A DNA stretch of 63,865 nt, taken from Vicugna vicugna. Lineage: Eukaryota. Under the pieces are notes generated by a model. The model searched no databases and was not told the DNA's origin. It saw only the letters and a program-made list of their open reading frames with translations. Both the position numbers and the translations under genes were made by a program. This document shows positions 59,026 to 63,865 of this stretch, one piece after another; position 1 is the stretch's first letter; every line of letters begins with the position of its first letter. The stretch lies in assembly GCA_013265495.1 (NCBI GenBank), contig MU063499.1, positions 186,136 through 250,000 on the forward strand, given 5' to 3'.

Positions 59026-62000
59026 CTAGAAGCGCAGCCAGAACATGCCGCTACGGATCCGGTTATAGTCTGGAAGCTGCTCAATGGGGCCTGTGGGGAT
59101 AGGGTGGGGCGTCAGGGTGGGGTACCCGGCTTATACAGGGACACCTGGCCCTGCGCCGCACCCCATTCAGAGCTGCCCAGAGCAGCACAAGACAGGCTTT
59201 GAGTGGAGAGAAGGAAGAGAACATTCCTTCAGGGGTTGCTGAGCCTGTCCCTTCATGCTCTGACCTTTGGAGCCCCACCCCACACGCAGGGGTGTCCGTT
59301 ACCTGGCGGGTGTAGGGTATTGATGGAGGCACCTTGGCAGGGAGTCAGGGAGCTGCTGGGACAGGTTTTCGGAGCAAGTACTCCCAGGCAGCCAAGCTAT
59401 CGGGCAGAGCCTCCTGGGGGCCTCAACCTGCTGCTCCCAGGGTAAGCTGGGGGATGGGCGGCAGAGGGGAGGCCACGACAATGGAATAAGAACAAAGAGC
59501 AGACCTTCTAAGCTACTCACCCAATCCAGCCACTGCTGGACACTGGTCATAGAAGTACTTAGAGCAGACCTCACGCACCACACTGGCATTCACCTCCTGC
59601 AGGATGAAGCAGAGGTCACACTCAGTGATAGGCACTGGGGACCACTTCAGCCAGTCAACAGTACCCAGCCAGCTGAGGTCTTACACAAATACCCCTCACC
59701 CAAAAGGGGAAAGCAGAAGGGCTCTCCCTACTATGTAGACCTCCATGGGCCTCACCCACCTCCATAGCCATCAGTGCCTCTGCCCTGCCCTCCAATTACG
59801 TCACCCTGGCAGCAACACTGCCTAGGACGCCAGGAGTGCCTTAGCAGCAGTCTGCACTGCCACAACTTCCCGTCCTCTGGGAGTCTGCCAGATTGAGACT
59901 CCAGAACCTCTCCCAGGGGCCTGCGTTACCGCAATCCGGCTTTCCCACTCAGCCAGGGGGATGCGACGGCCATACGTCAGAAGACTCCGTCCAATGTCCT
60001 CACACACAGGAGTGGTACCTGCGGGGCGGGGCAGGGAAGCTTATGGGTCCACACGGTCCAGTCCTGGACCACAGGTACACAAAGAACCTTCAGTTTCAGG
60101 ATAGCCTGGACCTTGGTCTGATCCTAGATCACAACGCTCACTTGTACAACAACCGGTCATTGTACCAGTGGGCTGTTGATCTGGCCACCCACACCTGCAC
60201 CTGAAGCCCTAAGCCCCTGAGGGAGGGTAAGTGGTGGGATATGGCATGACCTTTAAAGTTTTCCCTTCCAGTATTGGTTAGGAATGGTGGCCACATTGGG
60301 ACTGTCACTGCCAGGATGCACTCCACCCCTTGCCACAGGGCTGGAGGACTCACCATCCAAATGAGATACCAGGGCATTTCTGAGGATGTTTTTGCCTCGG
60401 ACCACCTCACTCTCTGTGGCACTGGTGCACAGGCGCATCCTACAGCAGGGGTAGGGTGGGATCGTTCTGAGGCAGTGCTGCCTCCGAGCCTCCACTGTCC
60501 TGCTCAAAGGCCCCTATCCCCAACCTGCAATGCCAGGCTACCACTCACCACTGGCCCTGCAGGAAGAATACCATGTCATCGATGCTCATGTGGTCACAGA
60601 CAAAGTGTGCGCCCAGCAGCCCAGTCTCTGCGTAGCAAATGTTGAAAGTCTGGAAACTCTGGCATAGCTTATTGGTCGCGACAACTGCAGCCAGTGGGCT
60701 GGACAGGTGCTGCCAGGAGCAAAGGTGGTCAGCACCCACCTCCACTCTGTGGCCCACACCCTGAGCCCCACAGTACAAGTGCCCACAGCCCAGCTCACTC
60801 TCTTCCCTGAAGGCAAGGCCCGTCCCATGCCCACTCGTGGCACTCACTGTACTGCCGCCGTAAGTGCAGTCGTAATGGCCGATGATGGCATTGGCCACCT
60901 GGAGGGCCACGTTGTCCGGGTTGGTCCAGCCAGGCCCCTCCACTGCAACGGCCACATGGGCCAAAGGCAGGGCATCATCACGGTGGCGGATCTGAAACAG
61001 GACATGGAAAGGCTGAGGGACAGCCAAACTTCCCAGGTAACCAGCAAAGGTGCCAAGTGTGGGTGGAGAGTGTACATGCAAGTGTGAACATATGTGCCCA
61101 TGAGGCAGTGGCCACAGGACTCCTTCCCAACTCCCGAGGCATCTCCGAGGTCGTGGAGATGACCATGCATGCGAGAGTTTCCCCGCCCTGAGGCCCAGGC
61201 TGAGAGTACCACCCCCACCCGTCAGGCAGCTCACCTCACTGCCAGTGAAGCGGCATGGAGAGAGGGTAGGCACGGCGTCCTCTGTGTATGTCCCAGACAG
61301 GCTGCCCAAGTGCTTCTGGGCAAGGTCCAGCAGCTGCCGGTGCTCCACCCCTGCAGACAGACAGCAGTGTTACCGGCCAGCCAGGGCCCACGGCACAGGG
61401 TCGGGGGAACCACGGGAATCGCACAAGGGGAGGACCTTGTGTCCTGTCTCAGCAGCAGACAGCAAAGAAAGATGTGACATCAGGATAAGGCGAGGAAAGA
61501 GGACCCTCCACAGACACACGGTGTCTCATGACAGGGCAGGCACCTCACGGTCAAACAGCCGCCATGACTTCAGTCACAGGGAAGCAGCAGCAGCGTGCAC
61601 AGCTTAAAAACAGGTTCCCAGGTGATGCATTCTCACCAGCATCACAGACAAGACTGGTGCTCCCTGAGCGTAAGGGACCTGCCCTGCCTTGTCCCTCTAG
61701 CCCTTCCTCAAGCACATCCTGGCTGCTGCCCCCGTGGAGGGTGGCAGGTAAGAGGGCACAAAGAGGTGCTCCGCAGGGCCACGACTAGCTCTGGGGTCCC
61801 CTAGAGTCGGGGACACTTCCCAGTAGCCTTATGAACCCGTGTTTCAGGACCCCTGCCTGACCTCACCTCTGCAGGAGGTAGCCTCTGCTGCCCCAGCACT
61901 TGGACGGCAGGCGCTGCAGCAGTCAGCAGCCTTCCCCAGGGACCACAGGCCAGGTGCCTCTGCCTCTTGTTCTTTCCTTCCTGACCTCAGATTCTGCTGG

Positions 62001-63865
62001 ACTTCACAAAGTCTGACATGTCAGGAGCTCCAAACGCTCTTGGTCTCCAGGTCCACTGGCCCCAGAGCCACCAATCATGCTCTTCCTATCACTCTTTTTC
62101 ATCCAGCAAGCTGCCGTGACCTAAGCTGGGGAGGTATCAACCCTGCTCCCGTCTCTTGCCCGCCACGCCCAGACCTCCGTGAAGTTTCCATCTGCAAAAC
62201 CATCCTGAGTTCATCTGCTTCCCTCCCCTGCTCCTGCCATCTTCCACCAGGTGCCTGCCCAACCCTTCCCGGGGTCTGCCTGTTTCCACTCTGGCAGGAG
62301 AGCAAGCCTCAAAACACCCATAGGCCATGACACTGCTCTTCCCCTGTGCTCAGGGCACCCCCAACCCTGACTAAACCCCATTGTGCTTTAGGCCTCTGTT
62401 CAAATGACACATGCTTCAAAAGCACCTCCTTAACCTCCAACTCCGAGTCCCCCATTAAAATCCCCCTACCACTCTGTGTCTTCCTTTCAAGGTCCTTCCC
62501 ATCAGTCACCCAGTGTCCGGTTTCCCATTGGCAAGGCAAAGAAGAACAAGCCTGGGGGCTTGAATTTCCCACCAGCCTGCAAACTGGGTCTCCTAGGATT
62601 GGGTGGGGCTGAGAAAGGCCTGAGGCCTGTACTCAAGAGAGGAGCAGCATCCCGGTGTGGTCAGTCCCAGGGGTGGTGGCAGAGCAGAATCGTAACCCAC
62701 CTCAGAGAGCACAAAAGAGGTCACTCCCCTCAAGTTCAGAGTGGGAACAGGGCCCCCAGAGTGGAAGATCCCCTATGGTCAGAACCAGAAGACAAGGCTG
62801 GAGCCTACCCACCCATTACCACAGGGCTTCCATGAACCCATTGCTCACCTCCAGCTGCCGCTAGCACCATTCGAGGGGCCTTGTAATGCCGGTCCAGGTA
62901 CTCAGTCAGGTCTGCCCGAGAGAGCTTCCTGCAAGACATACAGCCAATGGGTTACCACAGCTCCCAAACCAGAGTGACGTGGGTCATATAAAATGGGGCT
63001 GAGGAGATAGACAAGGAGAGAGATGGCTTCCCTGGAGAGCAAGCCCTAGCACACCACTCAATCCCTCCCCCATTCCTGCCACCTGCCACTCTGGGGCCCA
63101 GAGGACAGCCCTCATCTGGCCTCCCTCACATCTGACCACAGGACAGTCTCCTCTCAGGAGGGTGTAAGCTGACATGGTGAGGGCTTATCCCATCAGAGGA
63201 CAAGAAGCCATGTGGATAAGATACCCAGACACACCCTCCCTCAGGCTGGCAGAACAACAACAAACTCATGTGGACATGGCCTGGCCAGGCCAGAATGAGG
63301 GCACGAACTCTACCCCAGGCCCAGCTCACTCTCACCTGACATTCTCACTGGGTCCCTCCACGGTCTGGGCCAGAGGTGTGCCCTGGAACGCCGTGGCATG
63401 CAGGTAGTCAAAGACCACATCCCGCATAGACGCATCATTCTCCTGCAGCTCCTGCAGGATCACGTCACGCTCCTTCTCAACCTGGGAGTCTTCCAGGCTG
63501 CAGTTCTGCACAACGTCGGCCAGGAGCTCCACAGCTGGACGTGAAAGAAAGACATGTCTGAGCACCAGGCGGGCCACTGGAGACCAGTAACAGCACAAAA
63601 CCCTCAGGACTGAACACCACTGGTTGCTGTGCTGCAAGTCCATACTCTAAGGGTAACCCCGTCCCTCAGCCAGCCCCGGGGCTCCAGAGTGCCTGTCCTC
63701 TGCACCCATGGAGACCTATCCCACCCCTGCCCCACCCTGCAGGCGTACCTTTTGGCAGGTCCTTGGACAGTGCCTTAATGTAGTAAGCTGTGTGCTCCCG
63801 GGTGCTGTACGCATTAAGATGGGCCCCCATGCTCTCCACCTCCTTCTCCAAGGCATTTCCAGGCC
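59026..63865 (-). CDS. UQCRC1: Ubiquinol-cytochrome c reductase core protein 1, exon 4 (partial) to exon 13; 5' part outside the window
   Basis: Exons: 63749-63865 (partial; [23 protein letters not shown]), 63336-63534, 62849-62928, 61235-61350, 60848-60991, 60549-60709, 60354-60439, 59930-60018, 59521-59596, 59026-59090 (ends [13 protein letters not shown]-stop). All GT-AG, continuous frame. Confidence 0.98.
62330..62470 (-). mobile_element. L2 3' fragment in UQCRC1 intron 6
   Basis: AGGCCTCTGTTCAAATGACACATGCTTCAAAAGCACCTCCTTAACC resembles the L2 reverse-complement motif AGGTCTCAGCTCAAATGTCACCTCCTCAGAGAGGCCTTCCCTGACC. Confidence 0.45.

Overview
Mammalian genomic DNA, syntenic with human 3p21.31. 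Two tRNA-Ala-derived Vic-1-like SINEs and no Alu, B1, Bov-A/BovB, PRE-1 or SINEC elements seen suggest a camelid; this is an inference. Four protein-coding genes lie head-to-tail on the minus strand. From right to left: UQCRC1 (exon 4 partial to exon 13), COL7A1 (complete), UCN2 (complete, 112-aa prepro-urocortin 2) and PFKFB4 (exons 1-9, the rest lies left of the window). I traced all 118 COL7A1 coding exons by hand: 8808 nt, 2935 aa, intact frame. Non-coding items include the mir-711 hairpin spanning COL7A1 exon 62, a MIR6823-like tailed-mirtron hairpin, and a 59-nt perfect 5' U2 snRNA retrocopy with target-site duplication. Transposon relics include Tigger1, MLT1, L1, MER58A, MER21, MIR and L2. 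The best leads are: (1) the tightly packed COL7A1-UCN2-PFKFB4 block, with splice phases that allow bicistronic or in-frame fusion read-through products; (2) an upstream alternative PFKFB4 first coding exon; (3) a probable 5'UTR intron and two internal GC-AG introns in COL7A1; (4) a local templated duplication of a SINE tail plus flank. Comparisons with human and mouse and all repeat-family names come from my recollection of those sequences, not from searches. No prokaryotic-type features (CRISPR, operons, rRNA) are present.
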